Part shown: piece by piece, positions 26,496 through 40,503 of the stretch
Position numbering within the stretch: position 1 is the first letter of the stretch
How the letters are laid out: every line of letters starts with the position of its first letter
Assembly (NCBI RefSeq): GCF_006345805.1
Contig: NC_043004.1
Coordinates: 73,532,001 to 73,596,000 of the forward strand
Origin: Octopus sinensis
Lineage: Eukaryota
DNA length: 64,000 nucleotides
Direction of reading: 5' to 3'
Program-made: the position numbers and the translations under genes
Notes under the pieces: model-generated
Database searches by the model: none
What the model saw: the letters and a program-made list of their open reading frames with translations, nothing else
Told to the model about the DNA's origin: nothing

Positions 26496-27034
26496 TATAT
26501 ATATATATATATATAAATTAGAGAAAAAACACTATTATATAATTCAAACAATGATAGATATAAACCAAATAATGAAGAAAAAATTAATTCGTCCAATTAG
26601 AAATAAGTTGGGTCTGTGACCATTGCCTTTGGGAAATGTATAAACGGAATATGTATACGCATGTGTTTGTATGTATATTTACGTACACCCATACATATAT
26701 GTGCGCGCACGCACACACACACACACACACACATACATACACATGCGTAAATACACCTCAGAACAAATGCAATCCATCCAATGCAATTTTGTACAATTTT
26801 CACTTTCTCATTTGAAAGCTTTCGTGAAACTATGGCAATAGATACTTGTACAGATACACGGGGTATCGAACCCGACGTCTGTAATTCCAAAGCGGACTTT
26901 TTAACTACACCTCCATACTTTGTGAAATATAAGTTTTGCAATAAATTGATGAGTTCAAACCATAAAAGTGGAGTGATTGGTTAAAAAGCCAAACTGGCTA
27001 TATTTAATTTCTGTTTTCGTTCTAACCTCACCAA

Positions 27035-27435
27035 TGGCCAAGATTACGATCACGAGTGCAAGCGGCTGAAATGGGGTTCGAGAAGTATCTCTGGAGTAAG
27101 GTTGATTTACAAGGCGGGTAGCTCAGCTATGAAGGAGTCTCTCCAGTTTGAGCCGCTACTCCCGAATTCAGAGATCACGGCTCTGGTGCTACGGACATGT
27201 GATTAGAATGTTGCAGACAAAGATCGCAAGGCGGATTCTTCAAGCTAAGTCAATCAGCGGGAGGCCTATGAGTAGACCAAGAATAAGATGTCTTGAAGAT
27301 GTTCATAGTCTTAATTGGTTAAGATTAGCAAAAGTGTAATGATGGCTGCTTCGGATAGGATCCTATGGCGGAAGTGCCTGAGGACTCTAACCCCGCGACA
27401 CTCCCAGGAATAGTGAGATCAGACAGTGGATGGGT
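27035..27435 (+). pseudogene. RTE-clade LINE 3' fragment
   Basis: RSRVQAAEMGF..IQRSRLWCYGHVIRM..RRILQAK..GRPMSRPRIRCLEDV, with frameshifts. Confidence 0.8.
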
Positions 27436-28417
27436 GAATTGATAAGCTCACGTTACGAAGCTTAAAGTGACTCGTAAACTCAGCGAGTAAAATCGCCTTA
27501 TAATGATTGTTTCTTTAATTACTAATTTAGCGCTAATTTTAAATAAAAGTTTGATAGAAACAATAGCTTCAGAGTTTTGACAGCTGTCGAAACGAATTTT
27601 AACAAACGGGAGATTTCTTTATTCATGTCAACGTTAATACCTTCTCCTTCTCTGCGAATTTCTCACACGCGTCTCTTCTCCTCCCATTGTATTTAGTCTG
27701 TTTTGCACTAAACGATCGCACAAGCTTCACCTCAGGTTTTGCAACACTTCGGAATCCCCTCCCCACACACACGCTTTTCGTAGAGGCATAGAACTACATA
27801 CAATATGTTTAGGCTGAATATCGAACACATCAATGTCACCAGTCTTGGCGGCTCTGCAAAAATAACCAAGATTTCCCCTCCTCCTTCAGTTACATCTCTT
27901 CCTACTCCACTGCCTCCTTCAGTTCTATCTCCTCTTCCTAACACTCTTCACTACCACTTTTCTATCTTATAAATATGATCAGTGTATTGTAAAATAAAAT
28001 TATGGATCTCTAGTTTCGGCGATGACCGTTCAGTTATTTCGTTCAACTAAACTTCATGCTTATGGAATTTACGTGTTTGAATAAGCGTATCAGTGGTTGT
28101 GTATTCCATTGGTATGTGTTCACTTAATGTAATTCTCGAGCAGAATCAACGTGCCATAGAAAAATACGACTCTGAACTGAAGTTTACGGTCGAAATGACC
28201 AGTGCGACTACTTGTTTTAACGAAGTAATCACACATTCACATTTCGTCACCAGTGTTGACACTTTTCGGAAATAACTGCGTGGCTAGGAAGGTCACTTTA
28301 CAACCACGTGCTTTCGAGTTCGAACCTGCCGCTGGCTATTGGGCCAAGTGTCTCCTGCTATAGCATGGACTGACCAAAGAGTGAATTTTGTTGGCGGAAA
28401 AGCTGTGGAAGCTTGTC

Positions 28418-28477
<60 letters not shown>

Positions 28478-28813
28478 TAGTAATAATGATAATAATAATA
28501 ATAATAATAAATTGAGGGAATATTATTCCTAACTTACAGGGAAAAATTCAATTTAGAAATACTAAATCAAATTTCACAAAATATAATATATATATAAAAA
28601 TTAGAAAAAACAACCTTTTATCGATTCAAAATGAACAATTAAATTACACCATCTAGAAAATTACTTATAATAGAAATATTAAGAATAAAATAACAATAGT
28701 ATACCGATGATTAAGTAAATTGCAAAATAATAATAAAAACGTATATATTTGGTAGAATAACGACACGTGCGCATGCGTGTGCGTCATTGTGTGTGTGCAT
28801 ACACATATGTATG

Positions 28814-28847
<34 letters not shown>

Positions 28848-29092
28848 TGTATGTATGTATGTGTGTGTGTGTGTGTGTGTGTGCATGTGTGTGTGCATGT
28901 GTGTGTGTGCATGTGTGTGTGTGCATGTGTGTGTGTGCATGTGTGCGTTTATTAATGCTGAAAAGGTTAAGAATTATGCTGAATGTCTCTTTGGAAACCT
29001 AGAGAATTTTATTCCGAGAGATCAACAGTTTGCCAGATAGAGGGGAAGATGTTTTCAGTAATGAGTGGAAGTATTATCTTGACGAAATATAT

Positions 29093-29485
29093 CAGGCGCA
29101 GGGGTGGCTGTGTGGTAAGTAGCTTGCTTACCAACCACATGGTTCCGGGGTCAGTCCCACTGCGTGGCACCTTGGGCAAGTGTCTTCTACTATAGCCTCG
29201 GGCTGACCAAAGCCTTGTGAGTGGATTCGGTAGACGGAAACTGAAAGAAGCCCGTCGTATATATGTATATGTATGTGTATGTGCGTCTGTGTTTGTCCCC
29301 CCAACATCGCTTGACAACCGATGTTGGTGTGTTACGTCCCCGTAACTTAGCGGTTTGACAAAAGAGACCAATAGAATAAGTACTAAGCATACAAAGAATA
29401 ACTCCTGTGGTCGATTTGCTCGGCTAAAGGCGGTGCTCCAGTATGGCCAGAGTCAAATGACTGAAACAAGTAAAAAGAATAAAGA
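29093..29485 (+). mobile_element. SINE family B, full length
   Basis: Match to 15075-15485. Confidence 0.9.
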
Positions 29486-29554
29486 GTTAGGGCCAAACAA
29501 GCCTTTGTCTTTTTCTTTCCAAACTAATGCGGGAGCGCGCGCTCACACTGACAG

Positions 29555-29595
<41 letters not shown>

Positions 29596-30854
29596 ACACA
29601 TACACAACACACACACGCATAAACATATGCATATATATATATAAACATACATAGTTTACTTTTTTGGCTCATTTTGAATATGACTATGCTTTTCATACGC
29701 AAGACATGTCGATATGCGCACACATGCGCATGTAAACATACACGTTCAGGCTCACACATACACAGGCACATACACGTACATACACACAAGCACTTATACA
29801 CACACATGCATACATACATACATGCATATATATATAATACATACATGTCTATGCATGTGTGTATACGTTTGTATGTCTATATGGGTATGCACTCAGATTT
29901 ACGCCTGCATTATTTTGCAGTCGTCTCGGTACAAAATAATAATAGTTTTCAAAACGAGTTATTTTAAAGTACATAATTCACTGAATATAAAAATCTTGGA
30001 TGCCCACACCATACCCACATCCCCCATATACATACAAAGAGAGAAAGAGAGAGAGAAGTAGAGAGAGAGGATAGATAGCTTTACGTGCGTATATGTACAT
30101 ACATTTATATACACGCATACACACACATATACACACACACTCATGAACATATATACATACAATTACATGCATACATGTATGTATACTTATAAGGGTTTAG
30201 CCAATCAGCTGTAGGTCCTGCGATATTTGTAAGCTTTTCCCGAAGCCTTCAAAATATTTACTGAAAGTCATTAATAAATGAAAACACGACGCCATTTTGT
30301 TCGTATATTTTTTTGCAATATCTTTTACATATTTATATTATTTTTATACTTTGTTGCTTTTCTTTTGTTCTTTGTTTGATAATTCAACGCTTTCATGTTT
30401 TGTTGCTATTGTTTCTATTGATGTTGTTGTTTTTGTTGTTGCTGCTTTTGTTTCGTCTTTCTGCTGTGGTTATGGCTGAAGTTGCTAATATGGAGTTGCT
30501 ACAGCAACACCAATTGTCATTGTCGCTTTGTGTTGTTGTTCTTGTTGCTAATGTAGTTATCCTTGTTGTTAATGTTGTTGTTGCCATTGTTTTTGTAGTT
30601 ATTGTTGAAGAGTGACGATTGCCGCTGTCAATATAGTTATTGCGACTGCTACTGCTGCTGCTGCCCCTCATGTTGTTGTTGTACGTGCTATTGTTACTGT
30701 TGCTATTCGCACTGTCGGTCGTCATTATTGTTGGTAGCGCTGCAGTTGCGATATCTACTGCTGTTATTGTCAGTATTTCTTTATTAGTGCTTAACTGTTT
30801 ATATTGTTGATGCTGTTGAGTTGCTAACGTTGCAGTTGCTGTTTTAATGTTGCT

Positions 30855-31173
30855 AGGCGTAGGAGTGGCTGTGTGGTAAGTAGCTTGCTTACCAACTACA
30901 TGGTTCCGGGTTCAGTCACACAGTGTCTTCTACTATAGTCTCGAGCCGACCAAAGCCTTGTGGGTGGATTTGGTAGACGGAAACTGAAAGAAGCCCGTCG
31001 TAAATATGCGTATGCATGTGTGTATATGTTTGACAACCGATGCTGGTGTTCGGCAAAAGACACCGATAGAATAAGTACTAGGCTTACAAAGAATAAGTCC
31101 TGGGGTCGATGTGATCGACTAAATGCGGCGCCCCAGCATGGTCACAGTCAAATGACTGAAACAAGTAAAAGAG
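30855..31173 (+). mobile_element. SINE family B with internal deletions
   Basis: Head and tail intact, middle shortened. Confidence 0.85.
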
Positions 31174-31654
31174 TAGCTGTACCAGTTATTATTGATATCG
31201 CTGGTACTAATGCTTTAATCATTATTATTGTAGCTATTTTTGTGGTCATCGTCATATATAAACGAAGGCTTTCCAATCACAATAGTGATATGGCGTGTAA
31301 GTATTAGGTCTTAAAAAAAGCACTTTGCATAGGCAAAGTCGAAGGATGCCCGCGTAAACATGACAGACGTTCTACTATTGGACCAAAGCAGTACTCCGAA
31401 CACCTATATCCAATTTAGAAACTTTATCTTTAGTAGCAAGAATTGTATATTATCGACGCAATAAGAATTTAGAAACTTCGAAAGAACATGAAATAACTTT
31501 GTTTTGGAAGGATGAAACTTAAAGCAGATAAACCTCTCCCATAGCAACCTTCGACTTTTCTTTCTAAATAGTATTATTCTTTTTAACTCAATATTTACCA
31601 GCTGCTATTAATAGTTTTATTTGCTTCGAGTTCCACAATTCTCAAAAACGACTA

Positions 31655-31659
31655 TCAAT

Positions 31660-31740
<81 letters not shown>

Positions 31741-31776
31741 CTATCCCCTATATCTATCTATCTATCTATCTATCTG

Positions 31777-31858
<82 letters not shown>
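31655..31858. repeat. (TATC)n microsatellite
   Basis: Near-pure tetranucleotide tract. Confidence 0.97.
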
Positions 31859-32415
31859 AATCTCCTCTCTATATATATATATACATATTGGCGATATTGT
31901 TTGCGGAGTGATAATATACCAAAACGGGAAGCTGGAAAATTTTTTGTTTCAATTATGTATCCATCATTACCCATGTTTCATTTGCTAACAGGAATTACAA
32001 TATTGCACATGTAGGTTAAACATGTGACAAATCTATTGAAAAACATATTAAAATTCTTCAGACAGAGAATCACATAATATATAGATAGGTATGTATATTT
32101 CTGTGTGGGTGTGTATATGTATTGTGCTTACACAAACACATATACATGCATACCTTCACGTGTCCATAATAACGATAACGATAACGAGATGTTACCTAAA
32201 TATTACGTCTTAAACAAAAACCCAAACCACAAAGTTTTCAGGCCATTTTACTGGTTGCCGTGGTTTAAGTACATCAATCAAAGACGATGTTAAACTCCTC
32301 ATGCAACGACCGAGGATTCCACGGCATGCGCAATGGTATCTGAGTATGTGTGTGTGTGTGTGTGTATGCGTAATATATCTATAATAATATATATATATAT
32401 ATTAATATATATATA

Positions 32416-32462
<47 letters not shown>

Positions 32463-32465
32463 TAT

Positions 32466-32498
<33 letters not shown>

Positions 32499-32768
32499 GT
32501 GAGATGCTTTCAGTGCTATGTAGGCTTTTTCTGAGATTCGTCCGAATGAGGAATGTGTAACATATATATTTATAAATGTCTCTAGTCTAGTTGGCCTTTA
32601 TCACACACACACACACACACACATATACATAGACAGATATACATACGTATTTACATATACACATATACTTCCAGGTATATCTCTGCGAACACACATTATT
32701 TCTGTCTCTCTCCATCTCCCTGTTTCTCTCTCTCTCTGCCTCGGTCTGTCTCTGTCTCTCTGTTTGCT

Positions 32769-32852
<84 letters not shown>

Positions 32853-32989
32853 ACACACACACACATACACGCACACACATAAACATGCATACATCCCTAC
32901 TGATCTACTTCTATTTGCACTCCGCCAGATTCACTAGTACCCGTGGAATGTTATACGCTGTGCTTGTGCACACTAACCACAAGAACAAG

Positions 32990-33020
<31 letters not shown>

Positions 33021-33232
33021 GCAGCAGCAGCAGCAGCAAAGTATATATGTAAGAGCGGAATGCATGTGGGTGGGGGCAGTTCACACCCCAGGACTGATAA
33101 CCTATCAAGATGAAAGGGTTGAGCGGCAAAGAAGGAAGCTGTGAGATATGTTCTTTAATAAAGTGTCCGAGTAACTGAATTAATCACGATGTGTATATGT
33201 GTGTGCATTGTATGTATGTCTGTTTGTGTATG

Positions 33233-33300
<68 letters not shown>

Positions 33301-33507
33301 ATTTGTGTATATGTGTATATATGTATATGTGTATATATGTATATGTATATATATATATAGTATATATGTGTATACATATATATATGTTATGTGTATATAT
33401 GTATATGTTATATATATGTATATGTGTATATATGTATGTTATATATATGTATATGTGTATATATGTATTTGTATATATATATGTATATATGTGTATATAT
33501 GTATATG

Positions 33508-33546
<39 letters not shown>

Positions 33547-33837
33547 GTTTATATATATATACATGTGTTTGTGTATTGGTGGGTGGATGGCTAGGAAGGG
33601 GTGCATGCTAAAAGAGGGAAAAAAGTTGCGAGCGGTATTGACGTTTGTTTTGTTGTTGGCGGTGGTGTTTCTGTTATTGTCGACGGTAGAGTCATTGTTG
33701 GTGTCTGTGTGGATGTTGTTCTTGCTGCTGGTGTTCGGCAGAATCGTTACCTCGCCGGGCAAAAAGTGCTTAGTGGCATTTCATCCGTCTTATGTTCTGA
33801 GCTCAAATTCAGTCGAGGCCGACTTTGCATTTCATCC

Positions 33838-33937
33838 NNNNNNNNNNNNNNNNNNNNNNNNNNNNNNNNNNNNNNNNNNNNNNNNNNNNNNNNNNNNNNN
33901 NNNNNNNNNNNNNNNNNNNNNNNNNNNNNNNNNNNNN
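33838..33937. other. Assembly gap (100 N)
   Basis: Run of 100 N interrupting a family A SINE; contiguity across it is unproven. Confidence 1.
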
Positions 33938-34105
33938 GTTGCCTCTGAGAAGGTATCGCCGTGACAGCTTTCTCTGTCATAGTCAATGCGACGATCACAC
34001 GCTACACACCTTCCCTCCAAGTACTGCTGTAAACAGCTGAAATGGGATAGAACGTTAATACTTTGTGCGCCTGCACAACAGAGTTGAAGGTCAATCTTTG
34101 CACAG
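33938..34105 (-). mobile_element. Probable mariner 5' region remnant
   Basis: Minus strand ..GTGTGATCGTCGCATTGACTATGACAGAGAAAG..GGCGATACCTTCTCAGAG resembles a transposase start; recognised from recall only. Confidence 0.4.
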
Positions 34106-34383
34106 CAGCTTTACTCTGCGTGCTTTAGCTTCGTTACTATGGCAACAGTCCGGATACTTATTGATCAGACTTTTTCTTTCGTACACTCATAGGGATGAAT
34201 CCATCGTTTGCCACACGCAATTGACTGATAAGACTTAATACCGGTCTTATCAGTTAAGACTTGAACGCCAATCTTATCGCTTGCTTCGCTATTGATACGT
34301 TATGATAAGTCGTTCACATGTACAGTAAATATATGAACAGTTAAGTATACAAAATGTATGTGTGCCTGTGTATGTATGAGTGC

Positions 34384-34418
<35 letters not shown>

Positions 34419-35155
34419 AGTGTATATATATATATATACACATATCCGTATCTATATCTATGTCATTCTCTCATACTTATATACGTGTGTGTACACACAC
34501 ATATACACACACGTATACACACACACGTACACAAACACACACACACACACACAAGCACATACATGCGCCTTGTTTTCGTCTGTTGAAATTCGTCTGAGAG
34601 TCTGGTGAATTCTAATCGAAGGAAATAGTCTTGACTTGTAAGAATCATCATTTATGTGAGTGTGTGTGTGTGTGTGTGTGCGTGTGTGTGTATCTGCGTG
34701 TGTGTGTGTGTGTCTGTGTCTGCGTGTGTGTGTGTCTGTGTGTGTGTGTGTCTGTGTGTGTCTGCGTGTGTGTGTCTGTGTCTGTGTGTGTGTGTGTCTG
34801 TGTGTGTCTGTGTGTGTAATTAGGAGATGCTGTCTTTCAAAGAAGTTAAATCAAAAATACGATTATGTTCGGCTTTGCAATTTTATGTAGTTTTATGAAG
34901 GACTTGTATTTTCTTAGAAGCTCTTTGACACTGGTTTCGATCAATAACATTCCTAAATCTTTTAACTTGATATTTCAACATTTTCACAATTTAACTGATA
35001 CAAGTAATGACTGATATAAGTGAAAGAATAAAAGAATACACATACACTCACACACACATACACATGTATATTTTGTTTTTGGTATGGGTTTGCAAAATTC
35101 TTTATGTGAGTTCGTGCGTTGATATACATTTTGTTGTACCTGAGGAGAGGCATTG

Positions 35156-35240
35156 TCGTTTAGTTCCTTATTATCTAACACACTTTGTCAAATAATATGG
35201 CAGTAACAGCGAATGACTCCTTAGACACAACAATGTATGC

Positions 35241-35271
<31 letters not shown>

Positions 35272-35369
35272 GTCACCATGATAGATCGTTAGTTCCTTAT
35301 TATTTAACACACTTTGTCAAATAATATGGCAGTAAAAGCGAATGACTCCTTAGACACAACAATGTATGC

Positions 35370-35415
<46 letters not shown>

Positions 35416-35562
35416 ACCATGATAGATCGTTAGTTCCTTATTATTTAACACACTTTGTCAAATAATATGGCAGTAAAAGAGAATGACTCCCTAGACACAA
35501 CAATGTATGCATGTATATATATATATATTTATATATATATAGTCACCATGATAGATCGTTAG
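35156..35562 (+). repeat. Triple tandem duplication (~130-140 bp) spanning an element insertion junction
   Basis: Units start at 35156, 35286 and 35427: TCGTTAGTTCCTTATT..GTATGCATG(TA)nGTCACCATGATAGA. Confidence 0.92.
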
Positions 35563-35602
35563 CCACTACACACATTTTTTCTCTCCTTGTTTTTTCTGTG
35601 TC

Positions 35603-35639
35603 CCTTTCTGTAGAAGAGCGTAGGCTCGAAACGTAAAGG
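35603..35639 (+). ncRNA. Minimal HHR-like motif with CUGUAGA (A6U) core
   Basis: CCUUU-CUGUAGA-A-GAGC(GUAG)GCUC-GAA-ACGU-A-AAGG in a (TA)n-tailed element at ~35541-35728; relatives at 45907-46027 (+) and 53370-53600 (-). Confidence 0.5.
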
Positions 35640-36170
35640 ACTTTTTCTATTCCTGAGCGTTATACTAATACATCTGTTTGTTTTGTACACCACCTGTCTT
35701 CGTCTTTTGTTTTTTCGTAAACTCTCCCTATATATATATATATATATATATACATACATACACATACAGGGAGACAATTTTTATATTCAACATAATTGTG
35801 TGTTAGAATACAAAATACTAGGTTATTTACTTTGGGAAGACCCCTCAGAGGGGCTCGGGTTGTATAAAAGTATCTATAATACTTCCGGTGTTATTAATTA
35901 TGTTTTAATAAGCCCTCTGGTTATTTGCGACGTCACCGCTTGAATAGCTACTGAAATTCTTTACATTCTTGATTGGGAGACTCGGCTTTTCTGTCTGCTA
36001 CGATGGAGCCCAGGCAGGGCGAAATCATGTGACCTGGCTGTTTCAGTGACCGTAGTAGATGGCTGCCGTCTGTCAACGATATACGTACAAGTGCTTTTAT
36101 GCACCGCTAGTCCATATCAGAAATACTCTCACGGTAAATAATGCGGTATTCAATGTTCTAACACTATGCC

Positions 36171-36216
<46 letters not shown>

Positions 36217-36237
36217 GTGTGTGTGTGTATGTAGTTG

Positions 36238-36276
<39 letters not shown>

Positions 36277-36973
36277 TGTGTGTGTGTGTGCGTGTCTGTG
36301 GTGCGTGTGTCTGTTTGAGTGTACGCGCATATTTCTCTTGGGGTGAAAGAAAGTGCTTATGTTAAATCATGTGCAATTAATGAATTGCAGTGTCACTCCC
36401 TCCTCTCCTCCCTCCTCTTTTCACTTCACTGTATCCCAGTCATTTTTTCTCGCCCCTTCTTAATTCTTCTGTCCCTCTTCCTCTACCTCTCTCTCTCTTC
36501 TCTTCCCACGTGACCGGTGTTCCGCCAAGACTGACCTTTCTTTGTTGGTTCGGCCGCCGTCCGTGCAACATCTATATTCCTACCTGTGTCTGTGAAATCA
36601 TGTATCCCTCCCGTAAGGCTTTATTTCCACACACGCCAGCCTAATTTAATTCGTCCTTAGTCGAAAGATACCTGTTGTTATGTCCTGGTATTTGAATTCG
36701 TGTAACATTCTCCGGTTTTTTCCGTCCTTGTTTTTGTATACATTCTTCCAAGGAATCTAGTGCTCTTAGCTTAGTTTTTCCTTGGGGCTAGCCAGATTGG
36801 AAGAATCTCGAGTATAACCAGCCGAAATTGCAAAGATAATATGGAACTCGACTAAGGAAAGTAAACTCCGAATGCCCCGTCCTTGTTTTCTTTATATCGT
36901 CTATCTGGATGCTTTGTTGTCCCATTTTGGTATCACCTAACTGTCTGGATGTTTTGCGTTCTTTCGTATTTTG

Positions 36974-37050
<77 letters not shown>

Positions 37051-37129
37051 TTTATCGAGAGTTTCATAACTTTATTGACAATAGACGAGTGTTTTGTTAA
37101 ATGATGAACTTGGGAAAAAGAGAACTATG

Positions 37130-37236
37130 TCAACATCATTAACACCTCCACCACAATAATCATCATTATTATCATCAGCACCACTGCCACCACCACCACC
37201 AACGCCGCCACCATCACCACCATCATAATCATCATT

Positions 37237-37295
<59 letters not shown>

Positions 37296-37755
37296 GCCAA
37301 CTGCCATCACAAATGTAATCCTGTACTACTGCCGTCAGCATCACTATCACCATCATCACTACTGAAACTAACGTAACAACAAACACAGTCAACATCATCA
37401 TCACCATCACAATTATCACCTCAAGTACCAACACCACCACCACTACCAACACCACCACCAGCAGTACCACCACCACCACCAACATGATCACCAACAGCAG
37501 TACCACCACCATCATCATTACCACCACCTCCACCATCATCACCATCACCACCACCACCACCATCATCAACACAACCGTCACCACCACAACCACAACCACC
37601 ACTCTCATCACCACCACTACCATCACCACCATCACCAACATCACCAACACCACCATCATCACCACCACCACCAACACCACCAAAACCACAACCACCACCA
37701 CCTACTATCACCCCCATCTTTACTACTACACTACTACTACTACTACTACTACAAC
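37130..37755. repeat. (CAT/CAC/TAC)n trinucleotide region
   Basis: Low-complexity triplets. Confidence 0.92.
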
Positions 37756-38133
37756 CAGTGACTTGTTTAAAAAATCTAACAAGGAAATCATAGCTGAATT
37801 AGTGTAACATAAATATTGTTCTGGAAATAATTGCACCTGGAGAATCCCAGCTAGAAAAATATTTTTTGAAGCAAAACAACGTGTCCGTGCGTGTGTGTGT
37901 GTGTGTGTGTATGCACGTATGTGTGTCTGTGTGTATGTGCGTGTGCGTATGCGTATGTATGTGTTCATGTGTGTGCGTATGTGTATGCGTTCATGCATGT
38001 GCGTATGTGTGACTGTGTGATTATATATATGTACTATATATTTGTGTATATATCTGGTGTATGTATGGCGTATATATAAAAATATATATATATATATATA
38101 TATACATATAATATATATATATACATATATATA

Positions 38134-38165
<32 letters not shown>

Positions 38166-38274
38166 GTGTGTGTATATATATGCACATATATTTGTATTTA
38201 TATATGTATATATATATATATATATATAAATATATTATATACTACACACATATATATTATATTTATATATATAT

Positions 38275-38308
<34 letters not shown>

Positions 38309-38501
38309 TATATATATATAATATATAATATATATATATATATATAATATATACTATATATATATATCAATATATTATAAGTATAGATATAATATATATA
38401 TCATATACATATATATATACATATACCATATATACATATACATATATTATGTATATACATTATATATGTGTAATTATACATACACACACACACACACACG
38501 C

Positions 38502-38534
<33 letters not shown>

Positions 38535-39116
38535 ATATATTATATATATATATATACAGATATATAATTATATATATATATATATATTATATATTATATA
38601 TATATATACACACCTATATATATATATAGGGTTTCGAAAATGATGGGAATACTGCCTGATTTGGATGGCAATGAAACAAAAGTAAATGAGTAGAACGCAA
38701 ACAACAACCAAACAAATGTAGAAAAGAAAAAAAAAATCCCCTTCGCAAGGAGAGTGAACTCACGACCTGGTACGAAAGCAACAGCATCAGCATCAACAAC
38801 AAGCCTTAGTAGTGAATACAATAACAACAGTAATAAATAATATACACACACACACATGTATATATATATATATATATACATATGAGTGTGCGTGTGTGTG
38901 CGTGTATGTATACTTACATATGTATACATACACACATTCACACACACACAGACACACGCGCACACACACACAGACACACATACACACAGCTTAAATGTCT
39001 TAATAATGTGTATTCCTTAATTTTTTGAAACGTTATTGAGAACTAATCTATATTTATTACTGCTTAAATACGTGTTTGTCTTCCGGTCCGTCTATCAGTC
39101 AACTTTTCTCTCTTTC

Positions 39117-39169
<53 letters not shown>

Positions 39170-39294
39170 ATCTCCCTCCCTCAGTCTCCCTCTGTGTGTG
39201 TATGGGTGAGTGTCAGCGTACGTGTGTGTATAAATATATGTGTATGACCTCTCCACTAATCGACCGACCGACTAACTGATAAACTAATCGACCT

Positions 39295-39343
<49 letters not shown>

Positions 39344-40050
39344 TGCATACATGCATGTATGTGCGAATGCATATCTATATCTATATTTATAAGTGTGTAT
39401 ATGTGTATGTGTGTGCGTGCATGTGTTTTCGATACACGCATACACTCACACACACACGCACACACACGCACATATATATACATGTGAACAGACATACATA
39501 CACACGTACACACGTACACAAACACGAGTCACGTTCAAAACTTGAATGCTTAGCGAAGGGTTCATATTAGTTAGTGATTCTGGTATCAGGATTATTATGC
39601 ACGTCATGAATTCTTTGCCATTCTTCAACAATTCGTTTTCGGGGTAAACGAATTGGTAGAGGAATTGTTTAGTGTCACTATGGCCCGGGAAGGGGGTTCT
39701 GAGGCCTACAGGTGTACAAATTAGACGTGTTCTATATACTGACCAGGTTTAGAAATAGTTCTTTAATCCGAAGTTTTGCGGTTTATGCTATTTTGATAGA
39801 TCATGTGTTTAACCACATTTAATTCATTAACTTTCTTTTAATTAATTTAGAAAGAAAAAGAAAAGGAATAATTTAGTAAACTACTTAGTCCTTTTGGGGT
39901 CTATAAAATAAGTACAACCTGCCCACTGGAGTCGATGGAATAGACTTGATCCCACCACCACTAAAATTGTCGGCCTTGTGCCAGAATTTGAAACCAATAT
40001 TTAACAAATCGTCACGTGCAAGGTGAACAGCGAGATTCAAGACGATTCCT

Positions 40051-40503
40051 TACATATTTATTCTTAGTAGATTCCGGCAAATTCGAACGGGAACATGCTA
40101 ATCGCTGTTGTCTTCATCACAGAAGAACGACTTCTCCTTTACGATTAGTGCGTGTTCATATCACACTCGATTCATTAACGCAAGAGATTCTAGGACACCA
40201 GAGTTTCGGCATGTTTGCACTACGGATCAATGGATCGAACAAGAGCCGATGGTCTTGTTTATAATTTCAGTGAACAGTTTCGTCGTTGATTTCCACTGAT
40301 ATCTATCAACCGGTTAATAAATCGACATATTCCCGGTGACGAAAGACATGTTGAAACACGTGTCTGAGAATCCCTTGCACTAATGAATCAAGTATCTTAT
40401 AAACACATATTCGTAGTAAAGCAGAAGTCGTTCTTCTGTGACGAACACGACAGGGATTAGCGTATTCACATTTGAATCTGCCGGAATGTATTAATAGATA
40501 TGC
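40051..40503. mobile_element. Old inverted-repeat element (diverged arms of about 95-180 bp)
   Basis: TTCCGGCAAATTCGAA..CACAGAAGAACGACTTCT (left) versus AGAAGTCGTTCTTCTGTG..TTTGAATCTGCCGGAA (right); degenerate HHR-like GTGACGA..GAAACACGTGTC at ~40335-40362. Confidence 0.6.

Noticed and set aside
35992-36040. GCCC-AGGCA-GGGC-GAAATCATGTGAC HHR-like motif
   Set aside because: Stem II and GAAA present, but the CUGANGA box and UH site are not intact; counted only as a degenerate relic
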